Source: Gammaproteobacteria bacterium (GTDB lineage Bacteria; Pseudomonadota; Gammaproteobacteria; GCA-001735895). From it: 51,872 bases of DNA. Shown piece after piece: positions 9,486-19,244 of this stretch. Each line of letters begins with the position of its first letter. The stretch's first letter is position 1. The DNA is taken from positions 1-51,872 of the forward strand of contig JBNKUM010000084.1 in NCBI GenBank assembly GCA_050298595.1. The letters run 5' to 3'. Below the pieces are notes generated by a model, which saw only the letters and a program-made list of their open reading frames with translations, was not told where the DNA came from and searched no databases. A program made the position numbers and the translations under genes.

Positions 9486-10754
9486 ATGCAAACCAATATC
9501 ATCCTACAACTACTGGACACCACTGCTGGTAAACGCGCCGATGAAATCCTGCGCAAATGTGTGCATTGCGGTTTCTGCACCGCGACCTGCCCGACCTATC
9601 AGCTACTGGGTAATGAACTGGATGGCCCACGCGGAAGAATTTATCAAATTAAACAAATGCTCGAAGGTCAGCCCGCTGATCGCGAAACCTTACAGCATCT
9701 TGATCGCTGTCTGACCTGTCGCTCCTGTGAAACCACCTGCCCTTCCGGCGTGAATTATGCCGAATTGATTGACATAGGTAGAGTTCATATCGAAAAACAG
9801 GGCTTACGTGCGACTAGTCAAAAACTGATACGCCAGCTACTGGGTGAGATCCTGCCTTATCCATCTCGACATCAATGGCTGTTTAAGATGGGGGCAATAT
9901 TTCGTCCACTGCTACCCGCTAACCTGAGTAAGAAAATTCCTGCTATTCGCCAGGCGAGAAACTTCTCGCAAAGTCCAGTTAAACCAGTCAAAACCGTATT
10001 ATTACTGGAAGGCTGTGTACAAAGTAGTATCAGCCCGAATACCAATTCCGCTGCTGTTTTGCTGCTACAAAGCCTGGGGTATGAAGTGATTCGCGAAGGC
10101 CGGGCCAGTTGCTGCGGCGCAGTCAATCAGCACCTGAGCCAGACTGAAAAGGCTGAAAAATTCATACTGAGCAATCTTGCAAGCTGGTCCCGAATAAATT
10201 CACAACAGGCATTAGATGCGATAGTTTCCACGGCCAGTGGCTGCGGCATTATGTTGAAAGATTACCCGCATATTCTGAGTCAAATGCCCCCCTCCGAAAT
10301 GAATCCAGTCGGCATGCAGACTGAGTACCATTCACTCTGCGAAAAGATCGTTGATATCAGTGAATTATTAGATGCCGCAACCTTACAGCAAAATGTCAGA
10401 AATTTTGGTGCATCCAGTCAGCGCATTGCCTACCATGCACCCTGCACATTGACCCATGGCCATAAACAGGCTGATGCCCTTTTCCAGCAACTTTGTAATC
10501 TCGGCTATCAACTGGATATCCCACAAAACGCCCATCTATGCTGTGGATCAGCTGGCACCTACTCGCTGCTGCAGCCGAAAATTTCACAGCAGCTACAGCA
10601 TAATAAAATTAATGCCCTCAATGAATGTTCACCAGATATCATCATTACTGCCAATGTGGGTTGCGAACACCACCTGGACAGTGCTAGCGACGTACCAGTC
10701 CGACACTGGGTAGAAGTGGTTGCTGATGATATTCAGCGCTGTTTAAAGAATTAA
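9486..10754 (+). CDS. glcF: Glycolate oxidase iron-sulfur subunit GlcF
   Basis: CVHCGFCTATCP and CLTCRSCETTCP 4Fe-4S motifs; CCG domains (CCGA, CCGSAGTY). Confidence 0.95.
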   Translation: MQTNIILQLLDTTAGKRADEILRKCVHCGFCTATCPTYQLLGNELDGPRGRIYQIKQMLEGQPADRETLQHLDRCLTCRSCETTCPSGVNYAELIDIGRVHIEKQGLRATSQKLIRQLLGEILPYPSRHQWLFKMGAIFRPLLPANLSKKIPAIRQARNFSQSPVKPVKTVLLLEGCVQSSISPNTNSAAVLLLQSLGYEVIREGRASCCGAVNQHLSQTEKAEKFILSNLASWSRINSQQALDAIVSTASGCGIMLKDYPHILSQMPPSEMNPVGMQTEYHSLCEKIVDISELLDAATLQQNVRNFGASSQRIAYHAPCTLTHGHKQADALFQQLCNLGYQLDIPQNAHLCCGSAGTYSLLQPKISQQLQHNKINALNECSPDIIITANVGCEHHLDSASDVPVRHWVEVVADDIQRCLKN

Positions 10755-12307
10755 TTTACTGACTTTATTTGACTCACGATAGTCGGTAGATCAAGTCCTT
10801 CATCAAGATCCAGCGTAACTGTAAAGCGTTTTTCAGCCTCAGTTAAAGGCTGCCAATTCTGTAATTGATTCTGCAGTATTCGGCTATTAGCATCGGATAC
10901 ATCATGTTTACGTCGCTCTATACGCCGCCTTAATCTTGACTCGGACACCTTTAAATCCAGGATCACACAGTGATAGTGACTGATAGCGGCATCATCGGTA
11001 AATAAGGCGCGCTGATGTGGATGGCTGAACGTCGCATCCACAATCACTGAATAACCAGCTTTGAGTACCTGGCGAGATAATTCAAGTAACTGCTGATAGG
11101 TTTGCTGAGTTGCTTCAGTGTTATAAATACCCTTTCCAGGATCATCCGCAGCATTATCTTCCATTGCCAGACCGAACAGTCGTTTTCGCTCAACATCAGA
11201 GCGCAGGATAACCGCCTGTAACGGTGCCACCAGCTGCCAGGATAAGGTACTCTTGCCCGAAGCCGAAGGCCCATGCATCAGATAGATAACTGGCTCAGGT
11301 GACTTGCTCAGCAACAATGCCAGATCCAGATGATTATCAAGATCAGTGATCGCATCCACTGCTGCCGACTGAGCAGCACCGATGGCAGCAATCTTGGCTC
11401 GAACCATTGCTCGATAGATCGAATAATAACGTAGCAAAGCCAGTGCCGAGTAATCCCCAGTTCGCGATAGATATTGATTCAACAGAGTCCAGGCCAGGTC
11501 TTCTCGCTGATTAAACAGCAGGTCCATCCACAGAAAAGACAGGTCGCTGATGACATCGATCCAGTACAGCTTAGGATCAAACTCTATACAGTCGAAAGCC
11601 AGCGGTTGATTATCCATCCAGGCCAGGTTTCGCAGATGCAAATCACCATGACATTCACGGATAAAACCTTCTGCTTTTCGCTGCCGTAATAATGTTTGAA
11701 TACGAGAAAACTCCGCTTCACTCCAGGCTTTAAGTTGCTTTAATTGCAGGCTTACCTTATCACTTTTAATCAATGACTCGATCTGTTTGAAATTTTCATC
11801 CACCGGTAATTTGATTGTCTCAGGATCACCATAATAACTGTCACCATCAGCATGTGCCGCAGTTTGATGAAAACTGGCAATATAATCAGCAAATTGCTTA
11901 ATCATCTCCAGCTTCAAGTTACCTTGCTGCAACAGACGATCTAGCTGGGAGGACTGGGCAAACGGTTTCATTCGCACCATATATTCGATAACTTCACCAC
12001 TGGCAGTTAAGCCTGGTTCGTATACAGTTCCATAAATCGGCAAAACATCAATGTACAACTGCGGGCTTAAACGCTGGTTTAGACGTATCTCTTCATCACA
12101 GTAAAAATGGCGCTTTTGTAGCGTTGAGAAATCCAGAAAACCGAAATCCACCGGCTTCTTGAGTTTATAGACCACTTCATCACCTACAATCACCGATGAA
12201 ATATGCGTTTCAATTAATTTTAATGACTGATGATTCTGCTCAGGCAATAGCCTTCCCTGCAATATGGATTGCACTAAGACCAGGTGATCAGACATCTGTT
12301 CTGTCAT
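10751..12307 (-). CDS. Bifunctional aminoglycoside-phosphotransferase-like kinase / P-loop AAA protein
   Basis: ETHIS, KLKKPVDFGFLDFST, ECHGDLHLRN, FDCIEF; C-terminal GPSASGKS and RSDVERK. Confidence 0.9.
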   Translation of the reverse strand: MTEQMSDHLVLVQSILQGRLLPEQNHQSLKLIETHISSVIVGDEVVYKLKKPVDFGFLDFSTLQKRHFYCDEEIRLNQRLSPQLYIDVLPIYGTVYEPGLTASGEVIEYMVRMKPFAQSSQLDRLLQQGNLKLEMIKQFADYIASFHQTAAHADGDSYYGDPETIKLPVDENFKQIESLIKSDKVSLQLKQLKAWSEAEFSRIQTLLRQRKAEGFIRECHGDLHLRNLAWMDNQPLAFDCIEFDPKLYWIDVISDLSFLWMDLLFNQREDLAWTLLNQYLSRTGDYSALALLRYYSIYRAMVRAKIAAIGAAQSAAVDAITDLDNHLDLALLLSKSPEPVIYLMHGPSASGKSTLSWQLVAPLQAVILRSDVERKRLFGLAMEDNAADDPGKGIYNTEATQQTYQQLLELSRQVLKAGYSVIVDATFSHPHQRALFTDDAAISHYHCVILDLKVSESRLRRRIERRKHDVSDANSRILQNQLQNWQPLTEAEKRFTVTLDLDEGLDLPTIVSQIKSVN

Positions 12308-12368
12308 GGTGTAAAAATATTCGTAAAAGCTTTAATATGATCAAGTATACACAAGAGTTAACCACACC

Positions 12369-13001
12369 ATGCTAGAAACCGCCATTGTCACCTTCACGAC
12401 CTTTTTTGCCACCATTGGGCCCGTGGATGTCGCGGTTATCTTTGCTGCAATGACCAAAGGCAGCAGTGCCAAACAGAGGCAAACCATGGCTATTCGAGGA
12501 ACCCTGGTCGCTATGGCGATACTGGTCATCTTTGCACTGATGGGCGAGACCCTGCTAAAAACTCTGGGAATTTCTCTGGCCGCCCTTAAATTTTCTGGCG
12601 GCATCCTTCTATTATTAATTGCAATTGATATGGTATTCGCGAGATCTTCAGGTGGATCCAGCACCACCGAAGAAGAAAATCTGGAAGGCGCTGGCAAGGA
12701 AGACATTTCAGTATTCCCCCTGGCCACACCATTAATCGCAGGCCCTGGCTCCATGGGTGCCATCATGTTATTGATGGCAAATGCGCAGAATCACCTGAAG
12801 ACTCAGGCTCTAGTAATCGCATCTATGATTTCAGTGCTATTAGTCACCCTGATATTATTACTACTATCAAACAAGGTTCAGAAGCTGTTGGGCATTACCG
12901 GTATTCATGTGATCAGTCGAGTGTTCGGCGTCATCCTGGCTGCGTTAGCGGTACAGTTTATGTTTGATGGTATAGCGCATAGTGGATTGCTGACAAAATA
13001 A
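12369..13001 (+). CDS. MarC-family inner membrane protein
   Basis: GGILLLLIAIDM, FPLATPLIAGPG, RVFGVILAALAVQF. Confidence 0.92.
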   Translation: MLETAIVTFTTFFATIGPVDVAVIFAAMTKGSSAKQRQTMAIRGTLVAMAILVIFALMGETLLKTLGISLAALKFSGGILLLLIAIDMVFARSSGGSSTTEEENLEGAGKEDISVFPLATPLIAGPGSMGAIMLLMANAQNHLKTQALVIASMISVLLVTLILLLLSNKVQKLLGITGIHVISRVFGVILAALAVQFMFDGIAHSGLLTK

Positions 13002-13044
13002 GTAACGACTTCTGTTGCTGGAATAACTCGCAGCAAGCGCTTGA

Positions 13045-14193
13045 TTATTTCTCCCAGGCAGTAAAAGGCGAAAATTTGTTCCAGGCAAACTGATGATGAT
13101 CGCTAATTCCTTTTTGAACCAGTTTGGTACGGTCAAGGCGAAACTTTTCTCCGGGGCGACCCAATTGTACCCCGTTTTTATTGGCAATCAGCCGCAGCAC
13201 TGACGAAGCAATATTTAATTCATTAGGCCCAGAGATAATTAGTGCTTTCTCCCGGCTATCAAACAGCAGAATCGACCCCACAGGCGCAAGGCCGTTAATC
13301 TTTAGAAACAGCCCCCCTAATATTGGATCAAGTTTGTTTTCAGAAAACAGGCGGGCAAATTCACGAGTAGGATTTATAATATCCATAGGTTCCCTGTTAT
13401 TACGCTCTCGCATAGCAATACCGGCATAGACAAAGGGCATACGTAGTAATTGGGCCTCAAGCGAAGACCATCCTGATTCAGTATTGTGCTGCTCGATAGT
13501 CTCAAGTATATCCGTTGCAGTAATACCAATTTTCTCAGCCATGGCCGCACTGGCCTGTGGATAACTGCGCCGGATCTCATTACGCTGATCTGTAGTCAAT
13601 ATTTCCTCACTGCTATACACATCATATTGGCCATCTAGCAATCCCAGATTATGTAGTAACGCAGCCTGAATCAGGTTAAGATTTTTTTCCTCGGTGACTG
13701 TATTTTGGGGGTTATATTGATTGTATCGCTTGACTAGCTCATTCAGCGAAGCGGCAATATAAAGGGGTTTGATAAAGGAGTAAAACCTGGCCTCAGCTAG
13801 ATGAAGCTCGCCTAATACCTGAAAGATATTTTCATCGCATAACTTTTTCAGGGTGTCGCTCAGGTACATCAGGTCTTCGCGTAATTCAGGATCAGGTTCC
13901 GCAATAATCCGTTTCTGGAGTGCCGAAAAGTTGCTTATCAACCAATTAAGACGTGAATGAACCGAATCCGGAGGAGAATAATCAATATGTGATTTATTAG
14001 GGGAAGATTTAACACCGTTGTCCTGGTCCGCTAATAACCCTTCATCACGCATGCGTTGATAGAGGAGGTCACTGACTCTACCGCCCTTTTTAACCAGTAA
14101 GCCCCCTTTGCTGTCTAAAATATCGATTCTAGCGAACCCATTAACGATATCGTTAGTTTTTAATTTCCGTTCGTTGCCCAAAACGCTGCTCAT
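13045..14193 (-). CDS. Degenerate HD / HD-GYP-like domain protein
   Basis: DILDSKGGLLVKKG N-terminus; AALLHNLG (HD to HN); EQHN; PVGS tail; no GYP. Start moved to ATG at 14193. Confidence 0.65.
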   Translation of the reverse strand: MSSVLGNERKLKTNDIVNGFARIDILDSKGGLLVKKGGRVSDLLYQRMRDEGLLADQDNGVKSSPNKSHIDYSPPDSVHSRLNWLISNFSALQKRIIAEPDPELREDLMYLSDTLKKLCDENIFQVLGELHLAEARFYSFIKPLYIAASLNELVKRYNQYNPQNTVTEEKNLNLIQAALLHNLGLLDGQYDVYSSEEILTTDQRNEIRRSYPQASAAMAEKIGITATDILETIEQHNTESGWSSLEAQLLRMPFVYAGIAMRERNNREPMDIINPTREFARLFSENKLDPILGGLFLKINGLAPVGSILLFDSREKALIISGPNELNIASSVLRLIANKNGVQLGRPGEKFRLDRTKLVQKGISDHHQFAWNKFSPFTAWEK

Positions 14194-14345
14194 CCGAATT
14201 CCCTGCAATATCCCATATTCATGATAAAAATAGTAGTTTTCCTGCAACTGCTTTATTTATAGTACCATAGTCCAGTATTCATAAATTATCCTATCAGGAA
14301 ATTTTATATCCAGGTTTGAACAAATACTATTTTTATTATCAAAAA

Positions 14346-15143
14346 CTACATAAATAGATAAAGAAGAAACACCCCAAGAACCAGTCGATATAGGACAAAT
14401 GGCATCATTCCAACGCGATTAATCAGGCGTAGGAAGAAATGGATACACAGCCAGGCGCTTAACGCCGATAAAGCGACTGCCAGTAACAACATTAACCACT
14501 CAATAGACACCTGAGACTCTATCAGATCCCTGGTTTTAAACAGGCCGCTGGCAACGATAATCGGGATTGATAATAGAAAAGAAAACCGGGCCGCAGCAGC
14601 TCTATTTAAACCCAGAAAGAGACCAGCAGTCATGGTAATGCCTGAACGTGAGGTACCGGGAATCAGGGCAAGCGCCTGAAAACACCCGACAATCAATACA
14701 TCTTTTAGACACAGAGTATATTCACTACGAACATGGCGTTGAACTCGATCAGCTATGCCTAACAGCATGCCAAAACCTATGGTTGCCCAGGCAATGACCA
14801 AAGGTGAGCGTAGCTCGGTTTCGATAATGTCCTTAAATAACATACCGACAATAACCGCAGGAATAGTGCCCAGAATCACCCACCAGGCCAGACGGCTATC
14901 CTGATTATGTTGCTGTTTAAATACGCTGGCAAACCAGGCTTCTGTCATATTGATTAGTTCACTGCGAAAATAATAAATCACGGCGATCAATGATCCGACA
15001 TGTAGTGCAACGTCAAACACCAGGCCCTGGTCAGGCCAGTGCAGAATAACGGGCACCAGGATTAGATGCGCAGAACTGGAAATAGGCAGGAATTCAGTCA
15101 GACCCTGAACGATTGCAAGCACAACGATTTGTAAAGTATCCAT
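14346..15143 (-). CDS. uppP: Undecaprenyl-diphosphate phosphatase
   Basis: QGLTEFLPISSSAHL, PGTSRSGIT, AARFSFLLSIP. Confidence 0.97.
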   Translation of the reverse strand: MDTLQIVVLAIVQGLTEFLPISSSAHLILVPVILHWPDQGLVFDVALHVGSLIAVIYYFRSELINMTEAWFASVFKQQHNQDSRLAWWVILGTIPAVIVGMLFKDIIETELRSPLVIAWATIGFGMLLGIADRVQRHVRSEYTLCLKDVLIVGCFQALALIPGTSRSGITMTAGLFLGLNRAAAARFSFLLSIPIIVASGLFKTRDLIESQVSIEWLMLLLAVALSALSAWLCIHFFLRLINRVGMMPFVLYRLVLGVFLLYLFM

Positions 15144-15508
15144 GTATTGTCTTTAGGTAACCTTGAAATAGGGTGGAATAATCAGCTCACTAAGCACTGA
15201 TAAAGTAAATTGGGGCGAAATGATACAGATTTTGAATAAAATATATATGCTGTAACAGTAATATTTCGTTAATTCGCTAGATCTGTGAAATGATTACGCA
15301 AAAGGTTTGGCAAAAAGTGGCAGCCAGGAATATGGATCACTTTGCGGATTTATGTATAAATCGCATCATCAACTTTAGTGGTGTGAAAATATCAACTCCC
15401 AATTTACAAAAAAGCTAATGCGCTACCAGTTCAAGCGGTATAGCAGACAAAATCAAATCATGTTAAAACATCTATCTAAAAACTGATTTACCTGGAGAAA
15501 CGACTGTC

Positions 15509-16021
15509 ATGCAGATTGAAATCATTCAGGCCGATATTACTACCCTGGAAGTCGATGCGATCGTAAATGCGGCAAATAATTCACTGCTAGGCGGCGGTGG
15601 TGTAGATGGGGCCATCCACCGCGCAGCGGGACCAGAGTTACTGGAAGCATGCCGAAAACTAAACGGTTGTGAAACTGGACAGGCCAAAATCACTAAAGGC
15701 TATAACCTTCCCGCACGTTTCGTTATTCATACCGTAGGCCCAGTGTGGCAGAACGGTAAGCATGGAGAAGCTAAGCTATTAGCCTCCTGCTACATAGAAA
15801 GTCTTAAACTGGCTGAATCAAACAACTGTGAAAGCATAGCCTTCCCAGCCATCAGTTGTGGAGTGTATGGATACCCGATTAACTCAGCCGCCCAAATCGC
15901 TATAGAGACAATAGTCCAGCATAGACACAAGCTTGAAAACCTGGATCATATTATCTTCGCCTGCTTCAATAGCGATGTTAAAGAGGCTCTGAAACAGGCA
16001 CTCTCCAGGCATAGTCTATAA
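15509..16021 (+). CDS. Macrodomain O-acetyl-ADP-ribose deacetylase (YmdB-like)
   Basis: [35 protein letters not shown]. Confidence 0.95.
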   Translation: MQIEIIQADITTLEVDAIVNAANNSLLGGGGVDGAIHRAAGPELLEACRKLNGCETGQAKITKGYNLPARFVIHTVGPVWQNGKHGEAKLLASCYIESLKLAESNNCESIAFPAISCGVYGYPINSAAQIAIETIVQHRHKLENLDHIIFACFNSDVKEALKQALSRHSL

Positions 16022-16109
16022 CGACAAAATATAAAGTATTTCAACCACCATTGATTGATGAAAAAAAACACTACATCACTTTATTGGAGTGTTGCTTTAC
16101 TGAATCGAG

Positions 16110-16228
16110 AAGAACCTTCGTTAGGTAAAACTTGTAATTTTCAGGCTCTAAAAAACAGATTTCTCGATTATTGCCTCCTTAATGTGATACGGATAACCAG
16201 GTAAATATAGTCTCGCTTGCCATGGCAT
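16110..16228 (-). pseudogene. REP-associated tyrosine transposase (RAYT, IS200-like) 5' relic
   Basis: AAGGAG RBS and ATG at 16228: MPWQARLYLPGYPYHI, frameshift, GNNREICFLEPENYKFYL. Matches the RAYT N-terminal MPRxxR...PxHIxxRGNNR...F motif; truncated afterwards. Confidence 0.8.
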
Positions 16229-16488
16229 TTATTTCTCCTTTTGCTTCTCATTCAAACATTCTAGAAAATTATATTTTCTGAATTGGTCATTTTTTAATCC
16301 CTTCGCCCCTTTTATTCGACCTTTTATTTTTGCTTTTATTAAAAAGGAAGCGTCGGCTTATTCTCTTATTATAATTTGCACCTGACTTCAATTATTTAAC
16401 CTATCGTGTAAATTGTAAGACCCCAGAGTCTGCCTGCATTATTTCAGCTCTCTGAAAACAGCGATCTATCCCATATTCATTTGTATAT

Positions 16489-16827
16489 TCAATTTATTGA
16501 ATTACGGATCATAATATAACTTGGACTAGGGGAACTATCATATGTTGGTAGCGTTGAACATGTACTACCATCAGATACGATATATTGTATGGTTACGTTT
16601 AGGTCGTCTTTTACAGCAAACGCGACATAAGAAGACCAGAGTGAACACGTAACCGTATCTGAATTTTTCGTATTACAAATTTTAGTCCAGTTATTACGCC
16701 ACTTACCTCGTATAACGACATCACCGCTAGATGTAATATATACATTCTCAATTTTCCCAGAACAGTAAATTGGAGCGGCCAAGGCACTGCCTGTACCTAA
16801 AAACAAAATTAAAAGCAGATATCTCAT
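16489..16827 (-). CDS. Small secreted protein with four Cys, function unknown
   Basis: Signal peptide MRYLLLILFLGTGSALA; GGAG RBS; AT-rich; 112 aa. Confidence 0.75.
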   Translation of the reverse strand: MRYLLLILFLGTGSALAAPIYCSGKIENVYITSSGDVVIRGKWRNNWTKICNTKNSDTVTCSLWSSYVAFAVKDDLNVTIQYIVSDGSTCSTLPTYDSSPSPSYIMIRNSIN

Positions 16828-17084
16828 ATTTTCTCCATGATTTTACGGAGTATGTATAACTCCATGATTTTTTATTCTTTTCTCATATTTTTCCAGGATT
16901 ATATTCACGTCATATCACCTAAATTAATTTCATTTAACACCACATACACTCAAAACTTGGTCTACCCCACATTATCTCTTTTGACAAAAACCATACTTAA
17001 CCATTAGTTTCTATACTTTTTAGAAACAATAGGGAACAGACCATGAATAAGTGGGGGCAGATACACGTTAAAACTTAATTTGAA

Positions 17085-17249
17085 TCTGACCCGAATGGCA
17101 CTTACTTTAAGGGAAAAATGTCATCGCGAGCGTCAGCGTGGCGATCTCAAACCTTGTCGTAGCTACACTGACGAAGAGATTGCCACGTCGCAAGCTCCTC
17201 GCAATGACAGCGTAACAGCCTTAAGTAAGTGCCATTCGAGTCTGACCCC
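17085..17249. mobile_element. Non-autonomous palindromic element (MITE-like) next to REP-like TCTGACCC boxes
   Basis: Outer inverted repeats cgaatggcacttactttaagg (17092-17112) / ccttaagtaagtgccattcg (17219-17238). Inner stems tgtcatcgcgag/ctcgcaatgaca and cgtggcgatctc/gagattgccacg. tctgaccc on both flanks. Confidence 0.7.
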
Positions 17250-17356
17250 AAATATTCTTAGGTTAAACTGACCTGAAATTTTCGAATAAGCGATTGTTGT
17301 TTACAATGAGTTCTCTATCATACCCGCTATAACCACTAAAGCCAGGAGCTAACAAG

Positions 17357-19237
17357 TTGCACGCTGAACAACTAGAAATAGTAGGATTTTTATCTCATCA
17401 CGCTCCGTTTGACACACTGTCTGACGAAGCATTGAGTGAACTAGCGAGGAATATCGAGGTTGCCTATTATCGGGCCAATACAGATATTCTGAATTTTTCC
17501 GACCCGGTGAATGATCTTTTTGTCATTAGAAAAGGCTCGGTGGAAGCCTACCGCAGGACAGGAGAACTCTTCAATCGCCTTTCCGAAGGGGACGTGTTTG
17601 GTCAGATGGGATTGATGATGAATCAGCGTGTGCGCTTTCCAGTCAAGACCCTGGAGGATACCCTGGTCTATTGTATTCCAGTAGAACAATTCAGGGATTA
17701 CTGCGAGCGTTATGAAACTTTCGCTGATTATTTTGAGACTGGTAATAACTCCTTATTACACAAGGCTGTCACCATCCAGTCCGATAGTAATGACCTGACA
17801 ACGGTTAAGCTGAAGGAACTGATGAAGCGAGATCTCATCACTCAGTCGACGGAAGCGTCAATCCGTCAGGTGGCCGAAACCATGACTGAGCACCACATAT
17901 CGTCGATTTTGCTGACGGACCCGATCCGTCAGAACGAAGATTCTTTCGGGATCGACGGTATTGTGACCGACCGCGATCTTCGTGAACGTGTGCTGGCAAC
18001 TGGTTTGGATCCAGAAACACCCGTTCACAGGGTGATGTCAGAAGTTTCCGTAACCCTCGATGACAATGCCTATATTTTTGAAGCCATGCAGGCCATGCTG
18101 CGTAACAATATCCACCATCTACCGATACTTCAGCGAGGGAAACCTATTGGCATCCTGTCGCTTACCGATCTGGTTCGACACGAGTCGCAGAGCAGTATCC
18201 TGATGGTTCGCAGCATATTCCAGATGAAAACCCTTGACGAACTCAAGGCACATGCGGAAAAAATTCCAGCGGTTTTTGTGCGCATGGTGCGTGAGGATGC
18301 CAACTCGCACATGATTGGTAGTGCCATATCCGTGATCGGACGCAGCTTCAAGCAGCGCCTGCTGGAGATGGCCGAAGAGATATTCGGCCCACCTCCGGTA
18401 CCCTATTGTTTTCTTGCTCTGGGCTCGATGGCGAGAGATGAACAATTGATGTACACCGATCAGGATAATGCACTGGTACTGGCCGACAGGTACAATGAAT
18501 CGGAGCATGGAGGCTATTTTGAAAAGCTGGCGAAGTTTGTCAGTGACGGACTCAACGAATGTGGTTACCCCTATTGTGACGGGAATGTGATGGCAACCAA
18601 TCCGGAGTGGCGCAAAACGCGTAGCGGCTGGAAAGAACACTTCGCGAAATGGATTGATGATGCGAACCCTCAGGCCTTGCTCAATGGCAGTATTTTCTTT
18701 GATCTGGATGGCGTTTGGGGGCGCAATCAATGGGCTGACGAACTACGACAGTTCATCACACACCGCACTAAAAACAACCGGATTTTTCTTGCCAGCCTTG
18801 CGCGCAATGCGTTGAATCGCACACCACCGCTGGGTTTTTTCAAGGATTTTGTCATGGAAAAGGATGGTCAGCATAAGGACTCCATCAATATCAAACGTCG
18901 TGGCACAGCCCCGCTGACCGATGTTATCCGGGTTCACGCACTGGCAGTTGGGGCAATGTCGAGTAATTCCTTCGAACGCCTTGATGACGTAATAGAAAGT
19001 GGCATTCTTCCTGATGCCAAAGGCACGGATCTGAGAGACGCACTGGAATATATTTCTATGGTCAGGATTCGACATCAGGCAAATCAGATCGAGCGCAATA
19101 AAACGCCAGACAACAATATTCATCCCAGGCATCTGTCTAATTTTGACAGGCGTAATCTGAAAGAGGCATTCCAGGTTTTAAGTAATGCGCAGAACTTCCT
19201 CAAGTACCGTTACAACTCCAACATGCCGCTTAAATGA
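17357..19237 (+). CDS. cNMP-binding / CBS-pair / DUF294 nucleotidyltransferase-like protein
   Basis: N-terminal cNMP fold (HAPFD..LSEGDVFG); CBS pair (GIVTDRDLR, IHHLP); NTase GSMARDEQ..TDQDN; DUF294_C (PPLGFF, INIKRRG). TTG start after AGGAG. Confidence 0.92.
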   Translation: MHAEQLEIVGFLSHHAPFDTLSDEALSELARNIEVAYYRANTDILNFSDPVNDLFVIRKGSVEAYRRTGELFNRLSEGDVFGQMGLMMNQRVRFPVKTLEDTLVYCIPVEQFRDYCERYETFADYFETGNNSLLHKAVTIQSDSNDLTTVKLKELMKRDLITQSTEASIRQVAETMTEHHISSILLTDPIRQNEDSFGIDGIVTDRDLRERVLATGLDPETPVHRVMSEVSVTLDDNAYIFEAMQAMLRNNIHHLPILQRGKPIGILSLTDLVRHESQSSILMVRSIFQMKTLDELKAHAEKIPAVFVRMVREDANSHMIGSAISVIGRSFKQRLLEMAEEIFGPPPVPYCFLALGSMARDEQLMYTDQDNALVLADRYNESEHGGYFEKLAKFVSDGLNECGYPYCDGNVMATNPEWRKTRSGWKEHFAKWIDDANPQALLNGSIFFDLDGVWGRNQWADELRQFITHRTKNNRIFLASLARNALNRTPPLGFFKDFVMEKDGQHKDSINIKRRGTAPLTDVIRVHALAVGAMSSNSFERLDDVIESGILPDAKGTDLRDALEYISMVRIRHQANQIERNKTPDNNIHPRHLSNFDRRNLKEAFQVLSNAQNFLKYRYNSNMPLK

Positions 19238-19244
19238 TAGGGTG

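Noticed and set aside
15290-15418. Possible GHMP-kinase fragment (LCGFMYKSHHQL / ISTPNL) or 42-aa ORF
   Set aside because: The similarity needs a frameshift and is too short to support without a BLASTx search.
17080-17271. 63-aa ORF
   Set aside because: It coincides with the palindromic element and has no RBS.
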